DNA of 64,000 bases from Isurus oxyrinchus (lineage: Eukaryota), in the NCBI GenBank assembly GCA_026770705.1, contig JANJGN010000035.1, forward strand, positions 2,604,001-2,668,000, written 5' to 3'. The notes beneath the pieces are model-generated. The model worked only from the letters and a program-made list of their open reading frames with translations. It was not told the origin of the DNA and did not search any database. How positions within the stretch are numbered: the first letter of the stretch is position 1; the number at the start of each line of letters is the position of its first letter. This document shows, piece by piece, positions 37,400 to 49,775 of the stretch. The position numbers were made by a program, and so were the translations under genes.

Positions 37400-38790
37400 A
37401 AGATGCATCATATTTTTTAAAAACAGTTATCAAATAAAATTTTGGCCCTATAGAAAGTGAGTCTGGGGAATTATTCATACAAAATAAGGAGATGGAAGAT
37501 GAATTGAACATGTATTATACATCAGTCATCACTATAGAGGGTACAAGTAACATCCCAGAGACAGCTGTAAATCAGAAAAATGGAATAAAAGACCTTAAGA
37601 ACTAAAGCAGGAGTTGGCAATTCAGCCCCGCCATTGAATACGATCATGACTGATATCATATTTGCCTCAAATCCAATTTCCTGCCCTCTCCCTATAACCT
37701 TCCAACCCATTATTAATTAAAATTCTGTCTATCTCCTCCACAAATTTATTCAGTGTCCCCGCATCCGCTGCACTCTGAGGTAGTGAATTCCAGACTCATG
37801 ACCCTTTGAGAAAAGTAATTCCTCCTCATGTCTGATTTCAATCTACCACCGCTTAGCCTAAAACAATGGCCTCCTGTTGTATAATGCCCCACAAGAGGAA
37901 ATATCTGATCCAAATCCAGTTTGTCTATCCTCTTTAGGATCTTATAAATTTCAATTAGATCTGCCCTCATCCTTCTCAACTCTAGCGAGTGTAGGCCTCA
38001 ACTGCTCAATCTCTCCTCATAAGGCAAGCCCTGCATCTCTGGCATTAATCTAGTGAACCCCCTCTGAATCGCCTCCAATGCAACTACCTCCTTCCTCAAG
38101 TAAGGGGACCAAAACTGTGCACAGTACTCCAGCTGCAGACTCACCAATTCCTTGTACAATTGCAACAACACATCCCTGTTTTTATAATCTATTCCTTTAG
38201 CAATAAATGCCAAAATTCCATTTACCTTCCTTAATTCCTATTATACTTGCATACTAGCTTTCAGCAATTCATGCACAAGGACGCCGAGATCCCTTTGCAC
38301 TGAAGAGTTCTGAAGTTCCTCTCCTTTTAAATAATAAGTCACCTTCTTATTCTTCTGAACAAAATGGGGAACCTTTCATTTATCCACGCTAAACTCCATC
38401 TGGTAAAAGTTGGCCCTTTCACCTAACCTGTCCATATCCATTTGTAAATTTCTTATTTCTTCATCGCAACTTACTTTTCCACCTATTTTAGTGTCATCTG
38501 CTGAAGCGGGGGGAGGGGGCGGTGCAGGTAATCAAGAAAATCACAATCACCCAAGAAGCTGTGCTGAGCAAATTTTTGGTGCTGTGGGCTGGCAAGTGCC
38601 TTGGTCCTGATGGACTTTATTCTAGGGTCTTAAAATAAATGGCTAATGATGTAATTGATGTGTTGTTTTAATTTTCCAAATTTCACTAATTTCGGAAAGA
38701 TTCAATTAGGTTGAAAAATACCGAATGTAATACAATTATTATAAAAAGGATGGAGATAGGAACTATAGGCCAGTTTGATTAATATCTGAG
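37400..38790 (+). mobile_element. CR1 ORF2 fragment interrupted by an opposite-strand CR1
   Basis: Plus-strand CR1 sequence stops near 37590 and resumes near 38505 (KITITQEAVLSK...KCLGPDGLYSRVLK). Confidence 0.7.
37595..38500 (-). mobile_element. CR1 LINE 3' end, nested
   Basis: Minus ORFs LQLYKELVSLQLEYCAQFWSPYLRK and RRMRADLIEIYKIL, plus 3' UTR. Confidence 0.9.
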
Positions 38791-38799
38791 AGAAAAAAA

Positions 38800-39465
38800 T
38801 CATTAAATGGGGGATCCATTTATTTTTAAAAAGTGTTCACTAGTTCTAGATTCTCCCACAAGAGGAAACATCCTCTTGAATTCCACCCAGTCAATACCCC
38901 TCAGGAGCATATATATTTCAATTAAGTCACCACTTACTCTTCTAATCTTCAATGGATACAAGCCTAGCCTGTCCAAATTTTCCTCATAAGCAACCCTTCA
39001 ATTAGAGGTAGTAAGCTTGTAAACCTTCTCTGAATTGCTTCTAACATATTTATATCCTTCCTTAAATAAGGAGACAAATACCTACTGTACACAATTCTTC
39101 AGACGTGGTCTCACTAAAGGCCTGTACAGGTGAAGGATAAACTCCCTACTTCTGTATTCAAGTCCCCTTGCAATAACATTCTATTATTCCCAACTACTCG
39201 CTGTACCTGTATACTAGTCCTTTGCAATTCATGCACGAAGTCACCCAGGTCCCTCTGCCTCTCAGAGCTCTGCATTCCTCACCATTCAGGGAACATGCTT
39301 ATTTTTTTTTATTCTCCATGTCAAAATGGTAAATTTCACATTTGTCCACATTAGTTCCATTTGCCAAACCTGTACCCACTCAATTAACATATCCACATCC
39401 CTTATAGCCTCCTTTTGTCCTCTTCACAACTTATTTTTTTTACCTATCTTTGTGTTGTCAGCAAT
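38800..39465 (-). mobile_element. CR1 fragment
   Basis: Similar to 10.8-11.45 kb and 37.85-38.5 kb. Confidence 0.8.
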
Positions 39466-39872
39466 GCACACAGTACTTCTCAATCACAACATGTGCATTA
39501 AGCATCACAGAGATACAAACACAGACAGATCATCAGTTGCACAGGGTCAGGCAGCATAATTATTCAATCCCACTCTGATCCCATGTTCTGGGAATATGCT
39601 TTTCATCAAATTTCAAACAGAGCATTAGATAAAGAAGTCGATTCCATTTCCCTGCAACTCATTCCTGCTGACAGGTAGAGAAAGAAATCCAAGCCCCAAA
39701 ATCACTCATATTTAAAGGGGTTGTGTGAATCTCACACAAATAACCCTAGCAACTACATCAAAAACAGATCGAAAGAAATGATTTTGTTCCAAATAAAGTC
39801 ACAAAATCTGGTTTGAAGTTGCAACGCCATTCCCAATCCTATTTACAGAGATGTAGATTTGCTAATCGAAAA

Positions 39873-40087
39873 TCGCAATACTGCGGATGCCTGGGTTACG
39901 AAATAAAAATGGAAACTGTTGAAAACCTGAGCCGATCAGGCAGCGTCTGTCAAGAGAGAAAAGCAAAGTTACCATTTCAGGTCGATAACTTGTCATCAGA
40001 TGAAGCGACCTGGAACGGCAATTCTGTTTCTCCCTCCACAGATATTTCCTGATCTACTGAGTATTTCCATCATTTTCGGTTATTTCA
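39873..40087. mobile_element. Palindromic PLE-end element (paralogue of 36207-36417)
   Basis: Same inverted arms, same tcatcagatgaa centre and homologous flanks. Confidence 0.75.
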
Positions 40088-40309
40088 TGTGGATTTACTT
40101 CTTGTTCAGTAGGCTCATTTGTTCTATGATTGAAACGTATACTGTAATGTGTTCAAGTAGATCACTCTTTACACCTCAAATCCTCAATGGAAATATGCCT
40201 GTATATTGCAATGTTAAAGATACCGTTGCAAACACCATCATGTCAGGTGGGATACACATTACATAAAACTCAATAATAAATCATATGTAGAGAAAAAAAA
40301 CACCCTTCG

Positions 40310-40970
40310 AGATAAAGAATGAATTCAAGACAAACACAGTAGCAGAGACTAAGAGAGACAGAATAAGTCCAAAGCTCACACATAGAACCACAGGGTAAAT
40401 ATATATAATGAACCCAACGTTGTGATACAATACAAGAGACAAAGGGATGTAGAATGAATCAAGTACTCACACAGTGCCAGTGGCTGAATGATACATAACG
40501 AATCATACACTCAAATGCAGCATGATAGACTGATTGATAATTAATTAATCCAACACTCACACACAATATATGAGATGACAAATAAAGAATGAATCCACCT
40601 CGTAACTCAGTATAACAGACTGACAGATCAATCATGAATCTAACACTCATACATAGTAATAGAGACTGACAGGTACTGAATGAATCCAATAATCACACAC
40701 AGAATCAGAGACTGACAGAAAGAATGAATCCAACACTCACATTCAGAACCAGATACTGACAGATACAAAATGATTCCAACACTCACAGACTGTCTGAGAC
40801 TGAGAGTTACAGACTGAACCGATCATTCGCACACACAAGCAGAGACTGCACACCCAGTGACTGGCAATAAGTAGGGGGTTATTGAACGATTCTTGGTCAC
40901 ACACCGACTATCAGGCGCTGAAAGATACAGAACAAATTCTACACTCTCTTACAGTGCCAGAGGTAGACAA
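40310..40970. repeat. ~44-46-bp tandem repeat, ~14 degenerate copies
   Basis: Repeated gagactgacaga..agaatgaatccaacactcac. Confidence 0.85.
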
Positions 40971-41447
40971 ATGCATATTAATGTGAGTAAATTATCATGA
41001 AAGAGACAATATCCACTAACGTCAGTCAGCAGCCAATGAATTAGCAACGTCTTAAACAGCCGTTTTTTTGTAGGAAACCGTTCACATTTTAGAGAGAATT
41101 GTACTGCAGAGTCGAAGCAAGAGTTTAAACATTATTTCGACTGGTGTGTGATTGAATAAAATGTATGTACATCCCCTATCCATCTCCTTTATTTACAAAT
41201 TTCCACTGTGCAATATAATGTGAACATTTTTTTGTGTTTTGACTACCACTGAAATGTAACAGTGATTGCTACGGAGTGTGGGATTACCCACTGGCAACAA
41301 AATATCGGGTGCACACACGGGTCAGGTGCTGGAAGCACCTGTGGAGTGTGTCAGAGCGATAGACATCACAACGCAAGATTGTTCTCTGCATGGTCAGCCA
41401 ATAAAGCAGCCAGTCAACTCAGTGACCAAATTAAACCTTAGAGTCAT

Positions 41448-43120
41448 CATTTAAAACAGAGAGAGGACGAGTGTGGAATTTATTTAAAAGAGAGAGTGAA
41501 TGAGTTTGGACTTTATTTAAAACAGAGAGCGGGTGTGTGAGGGCTACATTTAAAACAGAAGTGGGTGAATTTGGAATTTATTTGAAACAGGGGGGTTGAG
41601 TGTGGACTTTAATTATAACAGAGGAAAGATGAACGTGGACTTCAGTTAAAATAGAGCGGATGAGTGGAATTTCATTAAAAAGGAGAGCAGGAGAGTGTGG
41701 ACTTTATTTAAAACGGTAAGCGGGTGAACGTTGACTGATTAAAATAGAGTTCGGGTGCATGTGGGCTTTATTTATAACAGAGAAGCGTGTGAGTGTCGGT
41801 TTTATTTGAAACAGAGAGCAAGTGAGTGTTGACTTTATTTAAAACAGAGCGGTGAGAGTGGACTATATTTACAGGAGGAATAGATTGTGTGCGGACTTCT
41901 GTTAAAACATTGAGCGGATGAGTGTGAACTTTATGGCAGAGGGCGGTGGAGTGTGGGCTTAATTTAAACGGAGCGGGTGAGTGTGGACGTTTTTTGAAAC
42001 ATAGATTGAGTGAGAGTGGAATTTATTTAAAATAGAGAGGGAGTGGGTGTGGATTTCACGTAAAACAGAGAGCAGGTGAGTGTGGACTTTATTTAAAACA
42101 GAGACCAAGTCAATGCGGACGTGATTTAAAACAGTGAGCGAGTGAGTGTGGACTATGTTAAAAACTGAGCGCGGGTGTGAGCGGGCTTTATTTAAAACAT
42201 AGCGAGTGAATGCGGGTGAGTGTGAGCTTTTTTTTTAAAACAGAGAGAGTGTGAGTATGGACTTTATCTACTGGAGAGAGCGAGCGTGTGCGTGTTTTAT
42301 TTAAAACAGAGAGCGAGTGTCTGGGTTTTATATCAAACAGAGATCGGGTGAGTGTGGGCTTTATTCAAAATAGATGACCTGAGGGTGGACTTGATTTAAT
42401 GTAGATAAGGGGTTATGTGCTTGTTTTATGTAAGCAGATAGCGATTGAGATTTTGCTTTATTTAAAAGAGAGCGCGGGTGAGTGTGGGTTTTATTTTAAA
42501 ACAGAGACCGTGTAAGTGTGCACCTTAATTAGATGAGAGAGCAGGTGAACGTGGACTTCGTTTAAAATAGAGCCGGTGAGTCTGGACTTTCATTAAATCA
42601 GAGAGCGGGCGACTGTGGACTTCATTTAAAACAGAAAGCGTGTGAGTGTGCACTTTATTATATGCAGAGAGCGGGTGTGTGCACGCTTTATTTAAAACAG
42701 AGAGCGAGTGAATGTGGGCTTTATGTAAAAGAGAGATCAGGTGAGAGTGGGCTTTATGTACGACAGAGAGCGGGTGAGTGTGGGATTTATTTGAAACAGA
42801 TCGGGTGAGTGTGGACTTTATTTAAAACAAAGCGGTGAGAGTGGACTTTATTTAAAGCAAGGAGGGATTTGAGTGCGGCATCAGTTAAAACAGAGGGCGA
42901 GTGGGTGTGAACTTTATGAGAGAGAGCGGGAGAGTGTTGGCTTAATTTGAAACGGAGGGTGAGTGTATATCAAGTGAAACATACAGCGAGTAAGAGTGTA
43001 AGTTATTTAAAAAAGAGAGGGAATCAGCGTGGATTTCACTTAAAATGGAGCTGGTGAGTGTGGATTTTATTTAAAACAGAAAGAGAGTCAATGTGGACTT
43101 GATTTAAAACAGAGCGGGTG
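41448..43120. repeat. 33-bp satellite array, ~50 copies
   Basis: Consensus TTTATTTAAAACAGAGAGCGGGTGAGTGTGGAC. Confidence 0.95.
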
Positions 43121-43124
43121 TATG

Positions 43125-45570
43125 CTGGTGCAAGAGAGGTCAAGGAAGGGATGGGAAGTGTTTGAGAGGAACCATGTCATAAAAATAGAGGGATGTAAAT
43201 TGGAATCAAAATTAATTTATTTTTCCAGGTCCAGACGAGAGCGTGAAGCAGCACCAAAGCGGTCACTGAAGAACCAGGGAAAGAGGTTTGGGAGGGGACC
43301 AGAGTAGGACTGGAAAAAGGAATGTAACACATACTCCATAAAGATACAAGCATAACTGAGGCCCATGCGGGTACCCATAGCCACACATTGTATTTGGAGG
43401 AAGTGAGTGGAGTTTAAGGAAAATTGTTCAGTGAGAGAACTTGTTCAGCCAGGCAGAGGAAAGTAGTGGTGGATGGGGATTGCCCGTACATCTGTTCGAG
43501 GAAGAAGTGGGGAGCCCTCAGACCATCCCGGCGGTGGATGGATGTGTAGAGGGATTGGACGTCCATGGTGAAGAGGAGGTTGTTGGGGCCAAGGAAATGG
43601 AAATTATTGATACAAAATAGGGTGTCAGAGGAATCATGGATGTAGGAGGGAAGAGATTGGACAAGGGGAGAGGGAATGGAGTCATGATTGCAAGAAATGA
43701 ATTCCTTGGGTCTGGATCAGGCTGACAAGATCAGTCTGCTGGGAGAGTCCTGTTTGTGGATTTTGGGTAGGAGGTAGAGGCAGGAGGATGGAGTTTGTGA
43801 GACTATGCGGTTGGATGCTGTGGAAGCAAGATCTCCAGAGGAGATGAAAAAAGTGACCATCCTAGAAACAATGGCTTGATGTTCAGTGGTAGGGTCATGG
43901 TCCAGCGGGTGGTAGGAGTTGATGTTCAGCCTCTGCGAGGTAGAGGTCAGTGTGCCAGAAAACAACAGCACCATCCGTGTCAGCAGGTTTGATGACAATG
44001 TCAGCATTGGACCTGAGAGAACAGAGTGCAGCAAGTTCAGAGAGAGGCAAGTTAGAGTGGGTGAGAGGAGCTGAGGAATTGAGACAACTGATGTCACACT
44101 GACAGTTCTCAATTAAAAGACCAAGAGCAGGTTAGAATCCAGAGGGAGGCGGCCAAGTGTACAAAGAATATTGGAGGTGGGTAAAATGATCCGTTGAATG
44201 GGGAGAGAATTCCTGCCCAAAGAAGTGAGCATGGAGACGAAGGCGGCTAAAGAAGAGTTCAGCATCGTGCCAAGCCCGAAATTCATTGAGGTGAGGGCAT
44301 AAGGGTATGAAACTGAGACCTTTCCTTAGGACTGAACGTTCAGCATCAGAGAGTGGAAGGTTAGGGGTTATGGCGAATACATGGCCGGGGTGGGATTGGA
44401 AGGTGGGTTGTGGACTGAGGGTTGGGCAGTGGTGCATTGTCCTGGATGGGCATTGGTGTCGATGAATTGTTGGAGCTTGCCTTCCTTTGTACCAAAAAGA
44501 AAGAGACATAGTTTCTTTTTGTGGCTTGGATGGGACGAAGAATGAAATGTAACTGGGGGCAAAGACAGCTTAGAAATAGGGTGCATCGGTGCTGCTGGAT
44601 GGAGAGTTCGATTGTGTTCATATGGCAGAGCATGGCACTGAATTTGGATCTCAGGATGCGACAAGAACAGAAGTCCAAGGAGCATTGTAAGTAAAAGAGA
44701 TAACCTTACAATGGGTATGAAACATGAGGGATGGAACTTCAGTTGAAATCCACGTGGGGTAAGTCGGGGATGGAGAGAGTCACCGAGGAAGGAAATATGG
44801 CTGGGAAAGCGAGTTTATGTAAACACCGTGTCAAACACCAGTAGAGAAATGGAAAGCAATGAAGGTGAACAGGGCAAAAGGGAGAGGCGCAAATCCTGTC
44901 AGAGAGAAGAGCAATACTTCTTCAAGGTAGGCAAGACCTCACTATGGCTTTCCACCTCATCACACCACCCTGCTTTCCTGCCGAACTGTCTGTTCTTGGC
45001 CTGCTGCAGTGTTCCATTGAAGCTCATAGCCAACTGGAGGAAAAGCACCTCATCTTCCGACTAGGCACTTTACAGCCTTCCAGACTGAAAATTCAGTTCA
45101 ACAACATTAGATCTTGAACTCTCTCCTCCTTTGCCTGCCACTTTCAAATCCCCTTTTTAACAATAATTTATATATATATTTTTCTTTTTCCACCTTTTCC
45201 ATTATTTTTAAATGTATTTCCACCCATAGTTTTATCGCTATATTTTAGTGTATTTGGATCCCATATCCCCAACCCCATGCCCACTAGGGCAATGTGTACT
45301 GTGCTGTCCTGCTTTCTACCCTTAATGTCACAATTGACACGCTTCTTAGCTAATATCAACACCGTCAGCACCTCTTTGTTATTTAGTCTGTTACATCTGT
45401 TGGCAATCTCCACCTATCACTGGCCCTCTCTCCAGCTGTACCTGTCCCACCACCCCTTAAACCAGCTAATATTTCACCTGCTTTCTATTTTTCCTTAGTA
45501 CTGTTGAAGGTTCGTACGGACTCGGAATGTTAACTGTATTCCTCTCCACAGATGATGTCAGATCTGCTGG
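43125..45570 (-). mobile_element. Older degenerate Penelope-like element with inverted 5' pLTR
   Basis: 43125-44935 is the reverse-strand homologue of ~51920-53750 (LPLSDAERSVLRKGLSFIPL..., LYLLPKIHKQ), with frameshifts. 44935-45570 is a plus-strand endonuclease C-terminus plus pLTR with a hammerhead remnant at 45501. Confidence 0.9.
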
Positions 45571-45589
45571 GATTAATCCCGAGGCCGGG

Positions 45590-47970
45590 TTGCATCAGTT
45601 TAACGCAAGGAATCTTACAAGTAATGCAGATGATTTGAGGGTGTTGATTTACGCATGGAAATATGATATTTTTGCTAAAACATGGTTGAAGGAGGGGTAG
45701 GACAGACAGCTAATTACTGATAGAACAGTCAATGGGAGAGCAGTTCGGGGATCGTGATTATAGCTATGTAATATTTAAAGTAGTTATTGAAATGGTCGAA
45801 GGTGGTCCGGAAATAAAGCCACTGACTTTGGGGGATTCTCAAGTTCAATATTAATAAACAGGGCGTTACCAAAGTGGACTGGAAGCAGTTACTTCCCAGA
45901 AAGTCTACATAATAAGCTAAAAGTGAGAGTTTGGGCCCAAAATATTGCCGAAAGGCAAATGGTAGGACGAAACTGTCCATGGAATCCTGGATGTCAAGGA
46001 ATATAAAGAACTGAAAGAGGAAACTAAAAGAATTTTATGGCAAATACAGATGGCTGCATACAACGGAAGCACTGGACGTTTATATAAAGTGTGTGTGTTT
46101 GTGGGGTGGGGTGCATTTAAAAAGTAGCTATGAGATGGAATTGGCCGCATGAAAAAAATGACTGGCAGAAGATAAAGGGAAATCGCAAGACATTGTATAA
46201 ATATATTAAGGGCAAAAGGATACTAAGGCAGCATTTTGGGCCCATTAGGGACCAACTGAGCAATCTGTGCATGGAGCAGCAGAACGTAGGTGATGTTTTA
46301 GATAACTACTTCTAATTTGTGCCCAATATGGAGAATGAGGATGTAGGTGTTGACATCAGGGAACAAATTAGCATTGAAAGGGAGAAATATATTCGTTTTT
46401 AGCGGGTTTAAAGTTCAACAAATCCTCAGGCCCAGGAGAGATTTATCCCAGACTGCTTTTTGAGGAAAAGGAGCAGATTGCAGGGGCTTCAATAGTCATT
46501 TCCAAACACTCTCTGGCCACAGGATCCATGCTAGATGATTGGTGGAGAGCGAATGTGGTTCCATTATTCAAGAAATATAGTAGGGATAGGCAAGTTAATT
46601 ACAGGCCAATGAGTCTAACCTCAGTGGCAGGGAAATAATTGGGGGGAATAATCCTGATGGACAGGGTTAATATTTACCTGGAGAGGCAGGGCTAATCAAG
46701 GGCTGTCAGCATGGCTTCAGCAGGGAGAGATCATGGTTAACAAGTTTGATTGATTTTTTTCCCGAGGACGTGACAAATTGTGTAGGTGAGGCTGGTGTAG
46801 TTGATTTTATCTACCTGGGCTTCAGTAATATTTTTGACAGTTTTGCGCATGGAAGAATAGCCAAGAAGGTAAGTTCCCACTGGATCAATTACATCTTGAC
46901 AAATTGGATCCAAAATTGGATTAGTGGCGGGAGGCAGAGAGTGGTTGTCGATGATTGTTTTTGCGATTGGTAGCCTGCGAAGAGTGCTGAAAATCAGAGA
47001 TCAATGCCCTTACTGGTTTTAGTTTATAGTAATGATTTAGAAGTGAATATAGAAGCTCGGATCAGTAAGTCCGCAGATGAGAAGAACATTTCTCATGTTG
47101 TCAATATACAGGAGGAAAACCTATGTTTGCAGAACGATATACAGCAGCTGGCAAGACGGGCATTGGAACATTGAACTTTATCGAAAAAAGTGTGAGGTGA
47201 TACATTTTTGGAGAACTCACACGGCAAGGGAATAAAGAATGAATAGTAGGTCCCTAGGAAGTACAGAGGGACAGAGGGACTTTGGTGTAAAAGTCTATTA
47301 GACCCCTAACCACAGCAGCACCGGTACATAGGGATGTTAAGAAGGCATTTGGAATACCAGCCATTATTAACTGTGGCAGAGAATGTAAGAGCAAGGAGGT
47401 TATACTGGAGGTGAAATAAATGCTTGTTATGCCACAGCTTGAGTACTGTCTGCAGTTATGGTCACCACAATATAAGAGGGAAATTATAGCACTGTAGTGG
47501 GTGCAGAGGAGTTTCAGCAGGCTGTAGCCTCGGCTGGAGCATTTCAGCTATAGAGAGAGAATGGATAAGCTAGAGATGTTTCATTGAGAGCAGAAAGGGC
47601 TGAGTGGGGACCGGTCAAAGGTATAAAAAATACAAGGGGAATAATTTGGGTACATGGGAAGAAAACGTCCCCTTCAGCGGAGGTCTCAGTAACCAGGGGG
47701 CATATATTTAATGTAAGGGGTGAGAAGTTAGAGAGGATTTTATGAATTGTTTTTACATCCAGAGCATGGTTGGAGCACGTAACATACAGGCTGAGGGGGT
47801 AGTAGAGGCAGAAACTCTCAAAGTTAAGAAAAATTTAGATTACCAATTGAAACACCATAGCATCGAGGGCCACATGTCAAGTGTTGGGACTAGAACAGAG
47901 AGGTTTTTGAAGGCCTTCACGGACACAGTTTGCTGAAACGCCAGATTCGGTGCTGTATAACTCCATGAAC
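45590..47970 (+). mobile_element. Long degenerate CR1 LINE (endonuclease remnant through RT to 3' UTR)
   Basis: RANVVPLFKK, NYRPMSLTSVAGK, VDFIYLGFSNIFD, WIQNWISGGRQRVVV and ISKSADE motifs, with many stops. Confidence 0.9.
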
Positions 47971-47984
47971 ATACATTTCTGACT

Positions 47985-48745
47985 CCGGTGTTGACTGCTA
48001 ATATATTGTTGCTGATTGTTAAAACACCAATTCAAATTGTTCAAACACTGGTCCTGATTCTTAACGTCCTGGCATTGTTTTTTTTTAATTATTCGTTAAT
48101 GGGATGTGGTCAAGCCTTGCTTGGCAAGTATTTATTATCCATCCCTAATTATCCATCTTCAGATGGGCATTTAATTGTCAACCACATTGCAGTTGGTCTG
48201 GATTCAGATATAGGCCAGGCTAGGAAATGGCAGCAGATTTTCTTTCTAAAGGGCATTTGTGAAACTGATGTGTTTTCCGTCAATCAACAATGATTTCATG
48301 GTCACCATCAGACTTTTAATTCCAGATTTTTTTTTATTGAATTCAAACTTCATATTTATGACCCCAGAGCATAATCCTGAGTCTCTGGAATACTAGTTAC
48401 TGACAATGTCACTATGCCACCGCCTCCTCCAATCCTTAGTACACTGTTGCTGATTGTTAATACTCTGGTGATGATTGTTATCATGCTGGACCTGAAAGCC
48501 AAAACACTGGCGCTGATTGTTAACACGTTTGTGCTCATTAATAACACACTGGTTTTGATTGCTAATACTCAAGATGACTTTTAGCACCATGGTGCTAGAT
48601 GTTAAAATGCTTGTGCTTATTTTTAACATACTGTTGCAAGTTCGTAACATGTTTGTTGTTGATTGTTAACACACTGGTGTTAAGCACATTTTAAGCACAT
48701 TTGTCCTGCTTGTTAAAACACTGGAGTTTTTTTGTTAACACACTG
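47985..48745. repeat. ~21-bp degenerate tandem repeat split by the SINE
   Basis: Repeated ctgattgttaacacactggt at 47985-48080 and 48432-48745. Confidence 0.7.
48088..48427 (-). mobile_element. tRNA-derived SINE, SacSINE1/DeuSINE-like
   Basis: Reverse complement starts GGAGGCGGTGGCATAGTG, contains TTTGAATTCAATAAAAA..ATCTGGAATTAAAAGTCTGATGGTGACCATGAAA, and ends A-rich. Family assignment is from memory. Confidence 0.75.
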
Positions 48746-49699
48746 GCTTTCCAGAAATTGAATCCTTCTTCACCAACTTCACCTTTCCATCCCCAATTTT
48801 TCACTGTCCATCTTGCTCACCACTCTTCCCTTTCCTCCAGCATTTTCATTAATCCAGTATTAAATGTATTGCATTCACTGAGAATTTATCGTCCTCCTCT
48901 AGCTCCTTACGGAATGTTGTTTCCTCAGTCTTATCTTTCATGTGCTGCCGATGATATGCCATGAGCCAAGTGCCTTCATCAAAGCAAATTTACAGCTGGA
49001 GCTATATGTCTTCTCTTCTGCCTCATCTGCTGGATTACCCCCATTCAGGATTACCCGATGCCATATCTGATGAAAAGTTAATTTCCTGCCACAGACATTG
49101 TGTTTAACTCATCCATAGGCTGTTCTGTCATTTCGTTATCTTCGTGATCACTGGCTAGCTTCCAACTTATAAGTTCATCTTATCTGTGGCTCTTGTTCCG
49201 ACTTTTTATATTGATGGCACACAACAACTTGCATACTATTTCAATAAAAGTGCAACACTTTCACCAAATTTCTCAGTCAGGCTTCTCCAACGTACAGCCC
49301 GTGGACAAGATGAACCTAAAGAAGTGCCCCTATGCAGGCCTTGATCCATTCTTCATAATTGCAGTCAAACAGGTGAGTTTCAACGAAAGGTTCAGAATGG
49401 AGCTGCTCCTTAATTCACAGACTGCTTCTCTACTGCCTTTGCTGCTGAGAGATTCATTTAGCCAATCACCAACAAATGTGTGAGAGGAGCACTGTCTGAT
49501 TGCATAGCAGCAACACTGGCATTTGCAAGTATCCTGAGGCTAATAGCAGAAGAAAACGAAGGCATGGCAGGGCTGAGCCTGGGGAGTATGAAGGTTCTGT
49601 GGTGAGTTCACATCCACTTAGGAGGGCAAGGTTGCATTAGGCCCAGAGTTGGCGACAGTGCCGCGGTCAGCACCTGGGAAAAAGAGTGTTCATCTGTTT

Positions 49700-49775
49700 G
49701 CATGTGTGTGTGTCTGTGTATGTATGTGTAAGTATGTATGTGTGTGTATGTGGGTGTGTGTCTGTGTGTGTGTGG
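49700..49775. repeat. (TG)n-rich microsatellite
   Basis: Imperfect TG run seen directly. Confidence 0.85.

Noticed and set aside
41448-43120. CRISPR-like array
   Set aside because: Contiguous degenerate monomers with no unique spacers and no cas genes; this is a eukaryotic satellite.
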